A stretch of 64,000 bases of DNA from Tubulanus polymorphus (lineage: Eukaryota; Animalia; Nemertea): assembly GCF_964204645.1 (NCBI RefSeq), contig NC_134029.1, forward strand, positions 9,946,850 to 10,010,849, given 5' to 3'. Under the pieces are notes generated by a model. That model worked only from the letters and a program-made list of their open reading frames with translations, was not told where the DNA came from and did not search any database. Within the stretch, counting starts at the first letter, position 1; each line of letters starts with the position of its first letter. Positions 25,148 to 37,600 of the stretch are shown here, piece after piece. Made by a program: the position numbers and the translations under genes.

Positions 25148-25620
25148 TTGCTGGAACATTTTTCCTTTACTCGTCCGGAGGATAACGAAGCTTTATTAGA
25201 CACTGTACAGAAACTGATTTCAGATAGTCGGAGCCGACCTCGAGATTCTCTTGCTAAAATTAATGAAATGACTAAACTGTCCGAGAATGATGATATTCAT
25301 CACTGGTTCCGTATTTTTAAAAATTTAGCAAAGAGGTACGGAATTCCTTTGAGCGATTTAACGAGTGTATTAGAACCATATATGACCGGTCTGGCGCCGC
25401 AGGCATACTTTTCGTTGAGTGAGGGCGATAGAAAGGTCTACGGTATAGGATGCAATATATGCAGGTACCGATTGACACCACTGCGAATCGTCTGAAGTTC
25501 CGTAGGGAAACGAAAAATCACACCGAAACGTTCGTGGATTTCGTTGCAAATTAGGGCACAAACGTCGTGATTGCCCGAAGCGCGGTGATAGGAATCGTCA
25601 GGGTTTGAATTGTCGCCATG
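25148..25620 (+). mobile_element. Gypsy-type gag fragment
   Basis: DDIHHWFRIFKNLA..LEPYMTGLAPQAY plus a partial zinc knuckle (CKLGHKRRDCP). Confidence 0.6.
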
Positions 25621-26167
25621 AAATTAATCGTAAGGAGGTGAAATTCGTTACCGTCGGAGGGTATTGCCTAATTTCTTTATTGCTTTATTTTGAGGTCTCT
25701 GAAAAATTTCAAGCTCAAACATTCCGAACTGAATATTTTCTGAAAATAGATCAAAATTTAGTTTAAAATCAGAAAATGTCAAAATTTTATTGGCAATTAA
25801 CTGTTTTTAAAACGGTAAATTTCCCGTTCTAGAAGATCTAAAAACCTTTTGAGTATGTGGAATTAAGTGGACACCTTCCACTCCTTTGCTTACCCAGATA
25901 CCGTAACGTATAGTACCTAAATATACATTATTGTTATGGTTTTACGTCAAGAAACAGCGATTTTTTGGAATATTTACAATAATTTGAATGAAATATGCAC
26001 ATTATATGAATATAATTACTTTAAAAACAACAGCTATTCCTTCTAGAGAAGAGAGCCTAGGTCATTTGAAAATCAATTATTCTTATTCAATAGGAAATTA
26101 TCGGTATACAGTAAAAATGTCCCGGGAAAAAATGTCCTAGTCTATCATTACTAACTTGGTAATTCAG

Positions 26168-27400
26168 GAGGCTCTTGAACCCGTGTGGGGGTTGGCCCCT
26201 GATGGAAAAAACAAAGTGCCGTACCTCTTAACTATGGCTGCAGCAGCTACAGCTCTTCATTCAACGACACTGCGTTCGAAATATGGTGTACAACCCACAT
26301 TCATCCTGAAACAGGGACTGGTGAGTACTGCATGAAATATGTTTTCAAAATTGAATAGGTGATTATGATTGTGTTCAATGATTCTATGTTCTTTATAGGG
26401 AAAACAACAGCTATGACAGCGGGACTGTCAATGAGTGGCGCAATGCACAACATTTTTTCGAATGCCGCCTCCACCGCCTACATTTTGCAAAAGACAGCTA
26501 ATACCACATTGCCGTTGGATATGATGACTGCTCGTCAGCTAAAATACAAGAAAATGTATCGGTGGCATATTTTGATGGAAAGAACGCGGGGACGAAATCA
26601 TCTGGGGAACAATCCGTAAAGGCAGGCGTCCTCATAACCACAAAAATCTCGAGACAGTGTGTAGTGCCAGGTATGAATTTCGTTGTACATACATGTACTA
26701 ATATCTGTGATATGTTTATTGGTTATACATGTATAGCTTAAGTAATTCCCTTTTTTCATTTCAGACTATCAGAACCATTTTCATCCCATTTTTTCGATGT
26801 GAGAAAATGATGTCTGACCCAATTGCCATCCAGGCTGTCATCAGAAGATCAGAGCGGGCAATGGATCTGATGATTGCCCTATACGACGTAATAATTAGTG
26901 ATCGGGCAGAAAATGTCATCCAAAAATTAACTAAACTTACACGTGAAGTACTTGGATTACAAACAAGAGTTAGTAATAATTACGCAATCTTGTTATTTAT
27001 AACAAAAATGGTAAGATTTTCTTCGTTAACACCAGCATAATATTATTAGTTGGAATTTCTACCATTATAATTTCTTATTTTAGCTATGTAAACGTCTACC
27101 GATCGAATTTCAAGAAGTGAAAACTTTCCTTAAAGATTCCTGGAAGGAAAAACTTGCACATGTGTACGCCGGTAGTTAGTCAACGATTCAACTGTATGCG
27201 CATAGGCTAATCAAAGAAAAAGAAAAGGCAAATTAATATACCGTATATGCTATTGATTTTATCGAGTTGATTGATTGAGTTAGTTGAATTCGAATACTTC
27301 GTTTTTGTTTTCACAGATACGCAGATACACACGATTTGTGAAATCTAGAGGCCAAGAATGCCTTGCGGTCAATTTGACTGAAATGCCTCCCATTGAGGGC
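26168..27400 (+). pseudogene. Intron-containing P-loop ATPase fragment (SF3/DUF927-like), probably mobile-element derived
   Basis: Splicing 26320/26399 builds Walker A PETGT|GKTT, followed by TTLPL.(G)YDD Walker B-like and GVLITT. Several GT-AG introns and frameshifts. Confidence 0.5.
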
Positions 27401-27744
27401 TTAGATATAACCGCTTTGAGGAGGATGACAGTAGAATGTGGTGGCAGGAAACAAGAGATGGGCATTTGTGGATATTTTCGCATCGGCGAGTTATTACCCA
27501 GGGCTCTTGCCTCAGCGGGGGACGTGATACAGCTTCGAGATGTCGCCGTCACCCCTTCTGGTCTTCAGATTATCGTACGCAAATTCAAACATAGCTCTCG
27601 CGTTGGCCCGCAGGTCATTCAGGCCGAATATTCGTCGCTACCCGTAGACATGGATTTGACTCTCATTATCTCGGATTATTTACGTTTCAGAGGGCCCCTC
27701 CCTTGCTCATCAACATTTTTGCGACCGAAACGAACCGAGCGCTT

Positions 27745-27997
27745 TGCCAGGCGCCTCCAGCTGGTGGCGCCGCCAATATCTCTTTGTTCTCTCAGCCAAT
27801 CACTGTTGAGTACAAGTTCCTTTCTCTTCCGCATCCCGAGCGTGAAAGGTTACGTTTTATTTTTGTCCTTATTTACCCCAAATAATACATGCCAGGCACC
27901 TCCAGCTGGTGGCGCCGCCAATATCTCTGTTCTCTCAGCCCATCACGGTTGAGTACAAGTTCCTTTCTCTTCCGCATCCCGAGCATGAAAGGTTACG
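27745..27997 (+). repeat. Direct duplication of about 110 bp (27745-27855 and 27890-27997)
   Basis: GCCAGGC.CCTCCAGCTGGTGGCGCCGCCAATATCTCT...GAAAGGTTACG occurs twice. Confidence 0.9.
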
Positions 27998-28107
27998 ATG
28001 AGACGAGAAGATACACAATATCCGTGTAAGAAGATAACAAGAGAAATCCCACAATAAGTTCAGCCAAAACGAGAAAAATTAACAAATTAGCTTACCCCGA
28101 CGACATT

Positions 28108-28659
28108 TTGAATAAAGCTCTCTTGAGAGCCCGTCGTTCACATTTCAGTCACTCTCAAGGGACCCGCGCGCGTAAACAGCCTATTATTGTACCTTTTGTT
28201 CCTTTTCTGGAAAAATCTAAAACTCCCCTCCATCTCTTAAACAAACAACTCATTTTTACTTATAACAACAAACTTAGTCGTAATCTTACTCATAACTCCC
28301 CCAAAATTGAACCCCTGAACATTGGTGTATATAAAATTCCCTGTAAAGTTTGTAACAAAATATATATCGGCGAAACCGGACGCGATTTACACAAGCGCAT
28401 TCGTGAACATAAGAATGATGTAAAGAATTTTAAGCCTGAAAGCGGTGTTGCTAATCACGTATACGAAACCAGCCACAATTTTGATTTTGAAAAAGCCTCC
28501 ATAATTTTCCCCTGTTCAGAAAAGATTAAACGACACATTATGGAATCGGCCCTGATTATTGAAAACTTGGAAAATTGTGTTAATTTGAATAACGGTTTTT
28601 CCCCCCACAACATTTTGATCTCCAAATTTCTCGCTTCTCTTGTACCCCCGTTATACTAA
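28108..28659 (+). CDS. GIY-YIG endonuclease domain of the Penelope-like element (partial)
   Basis: GVYKIPCKVCNKIYIGETGRDLHKRIREH..ANH..H..ESALI..NLNNG. Confidence 0.92.
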   Translation: MNKALLRARRSHFSHSQGTRARKQPIIVPFVPFLEKSKTPLHLLNKQLIFTYNNKLSRNLTHNSPKIEPLNIGVYKIPCKVCNKIYIGETGRDLHKRIREHKNDVKNFKPESGVANHVYETSHNFDFEKASIIFPCSEKIKRHIMESALIIENLENCVNLNNGFSPHNILISKFLASLVPPLY

Positions 28660-28977
28660 TTCCCTCATTGTTTTGCCTTTATCATAGTTTGCTTGTTTCC
28701 ACTCACTCACTGATTATCGCCTTTCATGTTCCTTCTCTTTGTTTTATTTGATTACCCCTTAGCTTGTCCTCCCGTTTTAATCTCTTTAGCTTGTGTCTTT
28801 GTTTATTAATTACTTTAATCTACATTGCCCCTAGTTTGCCTTGCTTACTTTAGCATTGTTTTCTAGTTGTTATGTCATTACTTTAATCTATTCCCCTTTC
28901 AATATTTTAATCACTCACTCTGCTTCTATTGTTTTGGTCTTGTATAAATATCTTGTAATATTCTCCTGTACTCAGTA

Positions 28978-29017
28978 CGCCTGATGATGGCTAATAGTCT
29001 TTAGCCGAAACGTTGCG
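28978..29017 (+). ncRNA. Minimal type I hammerhead ribozyme (PLE-type)
   Basis: CGC-CTGATGA-T-GGCTAA(TAGTCT)TTAGCC-GAA-ACGT-T-GCG. Confidence 0.82.
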
Positions 29018-29948
29018 CAAATATATATAACTCTTCTATTCAAGTTTCTCGTTTTGGCTGAACTTATTGTGGGATTTCTCTTGTTATGAAAGGTTACGTT
29101 TTACCACCCACCATTTCCTTCCTTAGCACCTTTCGAATTGGTGGCATTTTCTGAGCCCACTTTGACGTATTCACTCATTAATTAATTAGGTCAAATAGCT
29201 AGGGCGTTTGACTTCGTTTATATTACGTAACTCTGTATTATTCATCTCCATAACTAGGTCAAAACAGCTAGGGCGTTTTGGCCATAATTTTATGATTTTA
29301 TGTTTATAATATCATTGTCTAAATATTAGTTAATAAGTTTGTAATGGTTTTTTTTTGTATACGTCAAAAACAGCTAGGGCGTTTTTGACATTTCTAATTT
29401 TTATGTTTTGTATATAATAAACGTCAAGCAGCTAGGGCGCTTGGCCTTTTCATCCAAATATGTCTTCGGGTCGTTTCTGTTGCAAAAATAATGCTGTCGT
29501 TCAAATGTCGAGTAAGTGTGAATAAACAATATATAAAGTATATTGAATGCTATTATGTATGACTGTCTATCATTTCATAATAACTTTTTAGCGGGATATA
29601 ACGGTGATATAAGGGCAAAAAGACGTTCACTTATACCATGCTCATCATTTGCGGAGAGCATTTTGATAAAAATTAATAAAGGTAAGATAAAGAATTCACA
29701 GGCATACTTATTGATATTTATGATGGCGTGTCATGGCAGAAAGTACGGACTGCACGTAAAGCTCAGCGAAGGAAAAATATCACTGATACGCGATAGAGAA
29801 ATACGATTGTTACTCGACAGATATAATCGTAAGCTATATATTTGCTACATACGTGGTTTGTGTCTTATTATTGCTCTCGACACTAAAAGCGTGTGATCGA
29901 AGATTTCGAAACGCCGAACGAAGAAGCCGAGGAGCTCACTTAACCAAT

Positions 29949-31681
29949 ATGGCGTCGCACATTGTCCGTAGCCATTGCTGTACTTCCTCGGACTCCAAAG
30001 ACATGATCGAATGTAACATATGTAAACTTTGGGTGCACTTTAGCTGCACTGGTCTACCTGGTTATCAATTGTTTAACCTTGCCACAACTCATAGGAAGTA
30101 CCAATGTATGAACTGTACCGATATTCCATCGGATTCCGAATTTCTCCAGCAGCCATTCCCGGTAAACGTTGCTGTACAGCCATGTGCTGATTTCGCTGTA
30201 CAGACTGAAGAACTATCGTCAACATGTGTTGCCATTCAAACTGATGAGATATCGCTACTTCCGTGTAGGCCTATCACCGGATTAAAAACCTCCAACTGTG
30301 GAACCCAAACTGATATCATCACTGATGGCCTAACTGAGACCCTGATAACGTCGAACGCTATCCTACAGTCGACTGTCAGAGAGTTTGAGGCAAAGCTGCT
30401 TCAAAGACTCACGAATGCTAGTCTCGAGAATGAAAAATTGAAGTTGGAGCTTGCAAATAAAGAGATTAGCGAACTTAATAACCATATTGCAAAATTAAAA
30501 TCCAAAAGAGCAACCAACTCGTGCTCCAATTGTTATGTGCTGAAAAGGTGCGAGGTCTGTCACTTAGAAATCTGATGAATTGAACCGCATAGTCGAGAAA
30601 TACACTTCCGGGATTTGTCAGCTCAGAGAAGAAATTCTCCTGAAAGGGGAGGTTGTGTTGAGAGCACAATCAAACTTCAGATGAACAGTTCTTGGATCTT
30701 GCGACAGCGAACAGGTTATTAAAAGATCATGTAAAAGAGATCGATGATCTTCGTTGTCGAATAAAAGCGTCCGAGATTCGGGAAGATTCGGAACAAGAAC
30801 TTAAAAAAGCGAGAAAGACTATCTCTGACCAACATAGAAATACAACTATCTGCCGAGTCAAGCTCTGAGCCATTCAAGCCAGTTCTGAATAATAAACGAC
30901 GTCAACAATCGAATACAAATACCGAACCAAGAGTCAGTCCCTGATATCACCGGTTCGGAAAACCACCAAAGTCACTGATGTTCTTATCGTTGGAAATTCC
31001 CATACCCGAGGTCTTGTGGCATCAAAAATGTTCAGACACAAAAAATGCGACATCTCGACACTATCTGATAAAACTATTAGGGGTGCAACGAACTACGTAA
31101 CGTCGAGTCGTCAACGAGTGAACATAATTGTTTTACACGTCGCGGATAACGATCTAGCCAATGGGAGTGCTGACCTCTGTTTTACAGAAACGGAGAAACT
31201 AGTTAATGTCTGCAGGGAAACCTTCCCAGATGCGAAAATCTGTATCTCGTTGCCTCTGTCGAGAAACTGTGCAAGCTACAATAAGACCTGTGCTGATTAT
31301 TCTACCTCTGTAAAGAAATTGGACGGGATTCATACCATTGAACACCATTTGGATCGTAAGTTACTTGCTGAGGATGGAATTCACCTCTCTGGACCTGGCG
31401 TCGCTGCTTTTGTGAGAGGCCTCAAAACTGTTTTGAACCCTCTTCTTGGACTTAATCCGACCAATTATACCAGACCTACCGAACATAGGCCGACCAACAA
31501 TCGCACTCAGTTCCGTGGAAATATTCGATATAATATCAACTCTCGTTCATCCAACTCTCGTTCCGTCCCGAATGACAGATTCAACAAACCTGGCAGATTT
31601 TCTGGTAACCACTCGACCAATAACCGAGGTCGCGTGCAGTTGATGGATCTCCTCAATGCATTATTAACTGCTCTACTGTAG
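29949..31681 (+). mobile_element. LINE (CR1/L2-group) ORF1 with PHD finger, coiled coil and SGNH esterase; decayed, ORF2 absent
   Basis: MIECNICKLWVHFSC..YQCMNC, coiled coil, VLIVGNSHTRG, LHVADNDL, DGIHLS. Confidence 0.75.
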
Positions 31682-31707
31682 ACCCGTTCAACTCAACCGA
31701 CATAACT

Positions 31708-34280
31708 GTGTGTAAACTTTGTTACGAGTATTGTGTTAATATGAAGTATGGAATCTAACCATAGGTCTTTAACGTATGGGATCTAACCTTTGGTATATAG
31801 CAATAAACTGTATTCGTTAGTTTAATGGCGTCTCTGCTTGTCATTACTTGGAATTCTCACATCACAAACATGGTGTCAGAAGTTATTAGGGAACTTTCAA
31901 GCTGGTTAAAGGATGCGGAGATAGAGGAGATGATATCCTTACATCACTACGAATACCGAGGCAAGTAGGTAGTCGTTGAAACAACACTGAATCAAGTGGT
32001 TTGAAGCGAAGCTCTCCGAACCGGAAGTGAAGAGACGTGTGTACGTGGCAGTATTGAATTTGCAACTGTACTGTACTACTGTACTGGAAAAAATGTTAAC
32101 AGCGACTGAGAGAAAGGATTATGATAAAATAATTCAAGAATTGGAAAGCTATTTTGTTCCCCTGTGCAATGAAATCTACGAACGTTTTGTTTTTGGAAAT
32201 TACACACAAGGAAATGACTCAATCGATGCGTATGTTATTCGACCTCGTAAGTTGGCATCTACTTGCAACTACGGCGATAGAACCGATGAGCAGATCAGAG
32301 ACAGGTTAGTCATTGGTGTGTCGAGTAAAAGCCTACAAAAGAAACTGTTATGTGAACGGAACTTATCACTAAATAAGGCAATTGAGATAGCGAAGGCGTC
32401 TGAAACTGTTACAGAGCAGGTCGATAGATTAGGAGCCTGCGAGGATGTCAAACGTTTTACTTCAAGTAAGCCAAAACGTTTCAGTAAGCCACCAGTATGT
32501 AAATATTGCGGTTCAGCACATCAGAAAGGCAAATGCCCAGCGTATGGAAAAAAGTGTAATAACTGTTCGAAATTAAACCATTTTGCATCTGTTTGTCAGC
32601 AGAAATCGAACAAAGCAGCACATAGTACAAGGGCTCCAGCGAAATATATTGATAAATCTCGTGAGAAACCGGTACGTCAAGTCAAGTACGAATATGACAG
32701 CGAGGAGTCGATTTATAAGATTTCGACGGAAATCGTAATACGTATAATGTACTTATTGGTGTGGAAAACCCGGATGGAAAAAAAGTGTCGATTAGGGCGC
32801 AGATTGATTCAGGTGCTAGTTGTAGTACGATGCGGCTTGCCGATTTACGCAGAATTATGGGTACAGCAGACCCAATTATGCGCGCTACTACAACGACCCT
32901 GCGTATGTACAACTCCGCTCCGTTGAAACCAGTCGGTTGCGTGAGTTTGTATTGTGAAGCGAAAAATGGAGTTAAAAGAAAATACATGTCGAGGTGGTTG
33001 ATAATGTCGATATTACATTGTTATCGGGTAACACCTGCAAAGCGCACAAATTAATATCGTTCAATAAACCGCTACCTGTAAATAAAGTCAGTGCGGTGAA
33101 AAGTAAGGAACAAATTCTCGAGGAATATCAGGATGTATTCCAAGGTCTTAGTAGGATGGAAGGCAAATATCACATAGAGCTTGTTCCAGATGCGAAACTG
33201 GTACAAAATAGTCCACGTCGGGTACCGATTCCCGTAAAGGATTGGTTAGAAGAAAAGTTATCAGAACTGTGCACTCGTGAAATTTTGACTAAGGTTGACG
33301 AACCTTCCGATTGGATGTGAAGCTATTCTCGATTCTTGACGTGAGAGAGGGTTTCTGGCATATTGAACTCGATGAGGAATCTTCGAAATTGACTACGTTC
33401 TGGACACCGTCTGGTCGTTATTGATGGCTCCGAATGCCATTTGGTTTAGCGTCTGCACCGGAGGAATTTCAGCGACGTTTAGGCATGGCGTTAGAAGGTT
33501 TAGAAAATACGGCTAAAATCGCAGATGATATCTTAGTGTGGGGCTCGGGTAAGAACCCCGAAGAGCTAAACGAGTCTCATGATCATGCGTTCGAAGCTCT
33601 AATCATCAGGTGTAGAGAACGAGGTATTACATTAAACTAACCGAAACTCCGCTGTAAGAAAACGAGTGCTGTATATTGCGGGAACATCATAAGCGATGAA
33701 GGGTTAAAGCCCGACCCTGAAAAAATAAGCGCAATCACGGAGATGCTGCTTCCGGAGTCAGTTCAAGCCTTCAGCGATTATTGGGTATGATCACATATCT
33801 TTCTAAATTTCTTAAGACGACTGACCGACAAAAATGCGATATGTGAATGGCAGGATAAGCACGAAAAGGCATTCAGTAACGTGAAAGAGTTGTTAACCCA
33901 GGCACTGGTCTTGTCCTATTATGATGCGCTAAAAAATTCAGTATTGAGTGCGATAGCTCACAGGTAGGATTGGGGGCAGGGCTGTTTCAAGATGGCCACA
34001 CAACCGCATATGGATCGCGAGCACTATCCCAAACGGAGCAAAACTATGCTCAAATAGAGAAAGAATGCCTGGCGATAGTATTTGCGGCAGAACACTTCGA
34101 ACAATATATACTAGGGAAGGCTGATATTACTGTATACTCAGATCATAAGCCATTAATGACAATTTTTAAGAAATCTATTCTAAAAGCTCCGAAGCGACTA
34201 CAGCGTATGCGACTGCGTCTGCAGAAGTTTGATATTCACGTGGAATACAAGCCAGAAAACAAATGCGCGTATCCGATAAA
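31708..34280 (+). mobile_element. Gypsy/Ty3 (Mag-like) LTR retrotransposon, decayed and 3'-truncated
   Basis: Short LTR with AATAAA ending ..AAACA at 31870, tRNA-Leu PBS 31871-31883, gag with two knuckles (32027-32720), protease IDSGAS, RT (MPFGL, IADDILV), RNase H (YAQIEKECLA, SDHKPL). Confidence 0.92.
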
Positions 34281-34619
34281 TTTTGTGTTTAGTTAATCAA
34301 AATGTTTCTTCAATCGACATCATCAATTTGCAATATCCTCCTTTCAAATTCCGCAATATCCTCCTTTCATTGAATGAGAACAAAATCATCAAATTCCATT
34401 TTCAAACGTTCTTTGATTATCAATTATGTTGACAATTTTTTGGCTCACAATATATAGTATTAACAAAGAATATGGATTCTATAGATTTTGGTTGGTAATT
34501 GTTTTTGAAAGAATTTTGCATTGAGGAGTTTTTTCATTGATTACGGTATGTATTTCATATATTATTCATTCTATACATATATCACTCATATTTACAGACT
34601 ATCTATCTTATCAATTCCA

Positions 34620-37600
34620 GTTTGTCTTCGAGAGCATGACGAAGATGCGATAGAGTGCCGTTTGCCGTGGATGCAATCAATGCGCAGAAAACGTTTTTGA
34701 TTATCACCAAGGCCTTGACAGATTAGCGTCCGCTGCTTGGCGCGGCTTTAAAGCTATGAGTACCGCTGTCATTTTGGAGAAAGTTCTGATGGATGCGAAT
34801 TTATTGTACTCGGAGCATCAGGTTCCATTACGAATACACGAATACTCCGAAAGTTTATTATCAAGCGAGACCATGAAACCAATTGATGTTTCTGCGAACG
34901 GTGACTGTTTATTTAACTCTGTGTCTGTAGCACTCGTGGGGGACGAATCCATGAGCAATCAACTTCGTTTACGAACAGCAGTGGAGTTGATGATTAACTA
35001 CAAACACTACAGGAATCATCATCTATATAATCAATTCCGATTGGTATCGCCTGATTTGGAGGATGCTATTCTAGATTGTGCTCGCCCTGGAGCATATTTG
35101 TCGATGTAATGGGCCTATCATCTGTGATTTGGCGAGTCATCAAAACAGTGTATCCGGCAATGAATGGTATTGTTGACAATAGCATACCGATATTAAATTC
35201 AAATATTTGGCCACGTGAATCCACAGCGAACGACGGATGCGCGATCACGGTGATGTGGACGAAAGTCAGAAACCGAGGAGACTCCCAACGAACGTGGATT
35301 CCGGACTATTTTGTACCACTTTTACCAGCGGAGAGATTTCTAAATTGTAAGTTACATTCGATCTTGTGTTTTTATCGCATGATTATAATTGAATGAAACT
35401 TAAGTCAATCATGATTTTCAATGCAATCATGATTTTCAATAACTTTCAATGCATTTTTGAGTCAGAGATAACAAACTCCACACTTCAGGACAGGAAGCAC
35501 AGCCGATCTCTTTATATAGTGAGTATATCGGATTACCAATATCCTTAAAAATCTAATTGTTTCATCCATTTGCCTTAATTTCATTTACATTGGTTTGTTT
35601 TAGATTATCTATTAGAGCAACTATCCAAGAAAGGCCTCCTAAATAGGTTGGTCGAAACTGCTAGGGAAAAAAGGGAGCTGGGCAAAGAACTACTAAGATA
35701 CAACACTAAATGTGAAAAAACCAATGAAGCATCACGAGTGCACATGTAACTTGTGGCGAAAGTTGGAGGCAGGCTTGAGGATATTGTTCAAAAGTTGATG
35801 ACGTTAGACAAGAGACTCAGAGGTGATGCGCGAGCGGGTATAGATTTAGTCAACATGATCTTGAATCAATTGCCAAGATCCACAATCTAAACACCGAAGG
35901 TAAGCTGTTAGGTCTCTATTCATTATATTTCCATTTTACAAAATACCTTAGATTTTTACAAAATGTAACAAATAATCCGATGAACATATATAGGCTATAT
36001 ATACATTATATATATATATATATATATATATTGCATGTTTCAGATTTTGAACATAATGTTTCTCGGGATGAAAGCAATGTTTGCAGTAACTGTTCCTCGG
36101 ATAACCTTCTTTCAGTTAATGGTTGTGATATTATCAATATATACATTTTTTACGTTTATTATCAATATTCGATCATTTTTCAGGACTGCCGGAACCTCCT
36201 AATGAAGACCAAAAGTTGAAAGACAATACGCCAGACGAACAAAACCTCTCGGAGGACAATTCATCGGATAACTGTTCCTCGGATAACCTTCTTTCAGTTA
36301 ATGGTAAGTGATATTATCAAACTGATTGCTATTTTTTTTATCAATGGAAAAACTACGTTTTTTTAAACGTTTATTATCAATATTCGATCATTTTTACAGG
36401 ACTGCTGGAACCTCCTAATGAAGACCAAAAATTGAAAGACAATACGCCAGACGAACAAAACCTCTCGGAGGACAATTCATCAACGAAGACCAAGCCGAAC
36501 TATACCAAAGGTAAGCGTTTCATAAATTCTTCATCTTAATTCTACAGCATATATAATAACAACGCCAAATGATATCGTTCTTTTCTTATCAGAAATTTCA
36601 GATTTTCTTGCTGAATCCGACAATGATTTTGCAATGCCTTGCAACAGCACAGGTTAGTGTCTAGGCCTAGGCTACTTTATACAACGGTTTATCATGAGAA
36701 TAGATGAATGGCTATATGATAATAAAAAACTTTGTTATTTTAAAGGCATTTCACCGCCATCACCACCAGAATTGAACGAGTCAATTATTGTTGAGAAAAT
36801 CGCAGCAATTATTTCGGATGGTGAGATTCCATTTTAATTTTGCGTCGATTCTATTCTACCCTAAAACGGAAACGGATTACAAGAAGCGCGTGTCCTTCCA
36901 CGTTCGATACTCACGTTAGAAATATAGCGATCATTGAATATCTAGGCGAAGCACCTCCGTTCAGTGAAACGCATGAAATACAAAAAAGGGGGCGGGGATT
37001 GATTATGTAAGGACAACTGACTCTGTTATGGAAAAAATAGCTGAAAAAAGTGTTACTCAGCCAACGCGCGATGTACATAATAAACTATGTTTGATTGAAC
37101 AGTTTGTTGCATTTTCCAAGAAACTTGAAGCAGGTTCAAAATGTTCATCCTCGCGAAAAAACGAAAAATAATACTGGACATATATTTATCGGCCCTCTGT
37201 TTCTACATTGGGACGGGGAAACCGAAACCTATCAGCATTTCTTCTCACACATCAAAGGGAAGCTTGACTCAGCAATAACATCAACTGAAATCGGCTACAG
37301 TGAATCTCTGACTTTCGGTTCGGATGAAGAAAAAGCGCTACTTAAGGCGGTGAAAGAGGCATTCCCCTCCGCTAATCAAATATTATGTCACCGGCACCTT
37401 ATTGAGAATGTAAAAAGACATTTGTTGCACAAAACTGGTGTCAACAATAAAGTTAAAGATAAGATAGTCGATGCGATATTTGGTAAAAGTGGAGCGCTGC
37501 ATCAGCATGACGAATTCAACTACGAACAAAAAATGATTGAAATAAAAGCAGACATAATGGAATCAGCACCAGAGTTTATAGCTTATTTCAATAAACTGGA

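Larger units (their letters stand above)
27998..29087 (+). mobile_element. Penelope-like retroelement, 5'-truncated, with inverted pseudo-LTR
   Basis: GIY-YIG ORF, 43-bp inverted repeat 28034-28076 / 29045-29087, flanking duplication ATGAAAGGTTACG (27985-27997, 29086-29098), hammerhead in the pLTR. Confidence 0.92.
27458..29480 (+). mobile_element. Second DIRS/Ngaro remnant (YR fragment plus 3' repeats), interrupted by a Penelope element
   Basis: CGYFRIGELLP..IQLRDV..RKFKHS..GPQVI aligns with the YR at 5320-5480. 3' end motif at 29416-29462 resembles 5734-5772. Confidence 0.75.

Noticed and set aside
27284-27952. 222-aa ORF as one protein
   Set aside because: A chimera of an ATPase-gene exon, a YR fragment and a non-coding duplicated repeat joined by deletions.
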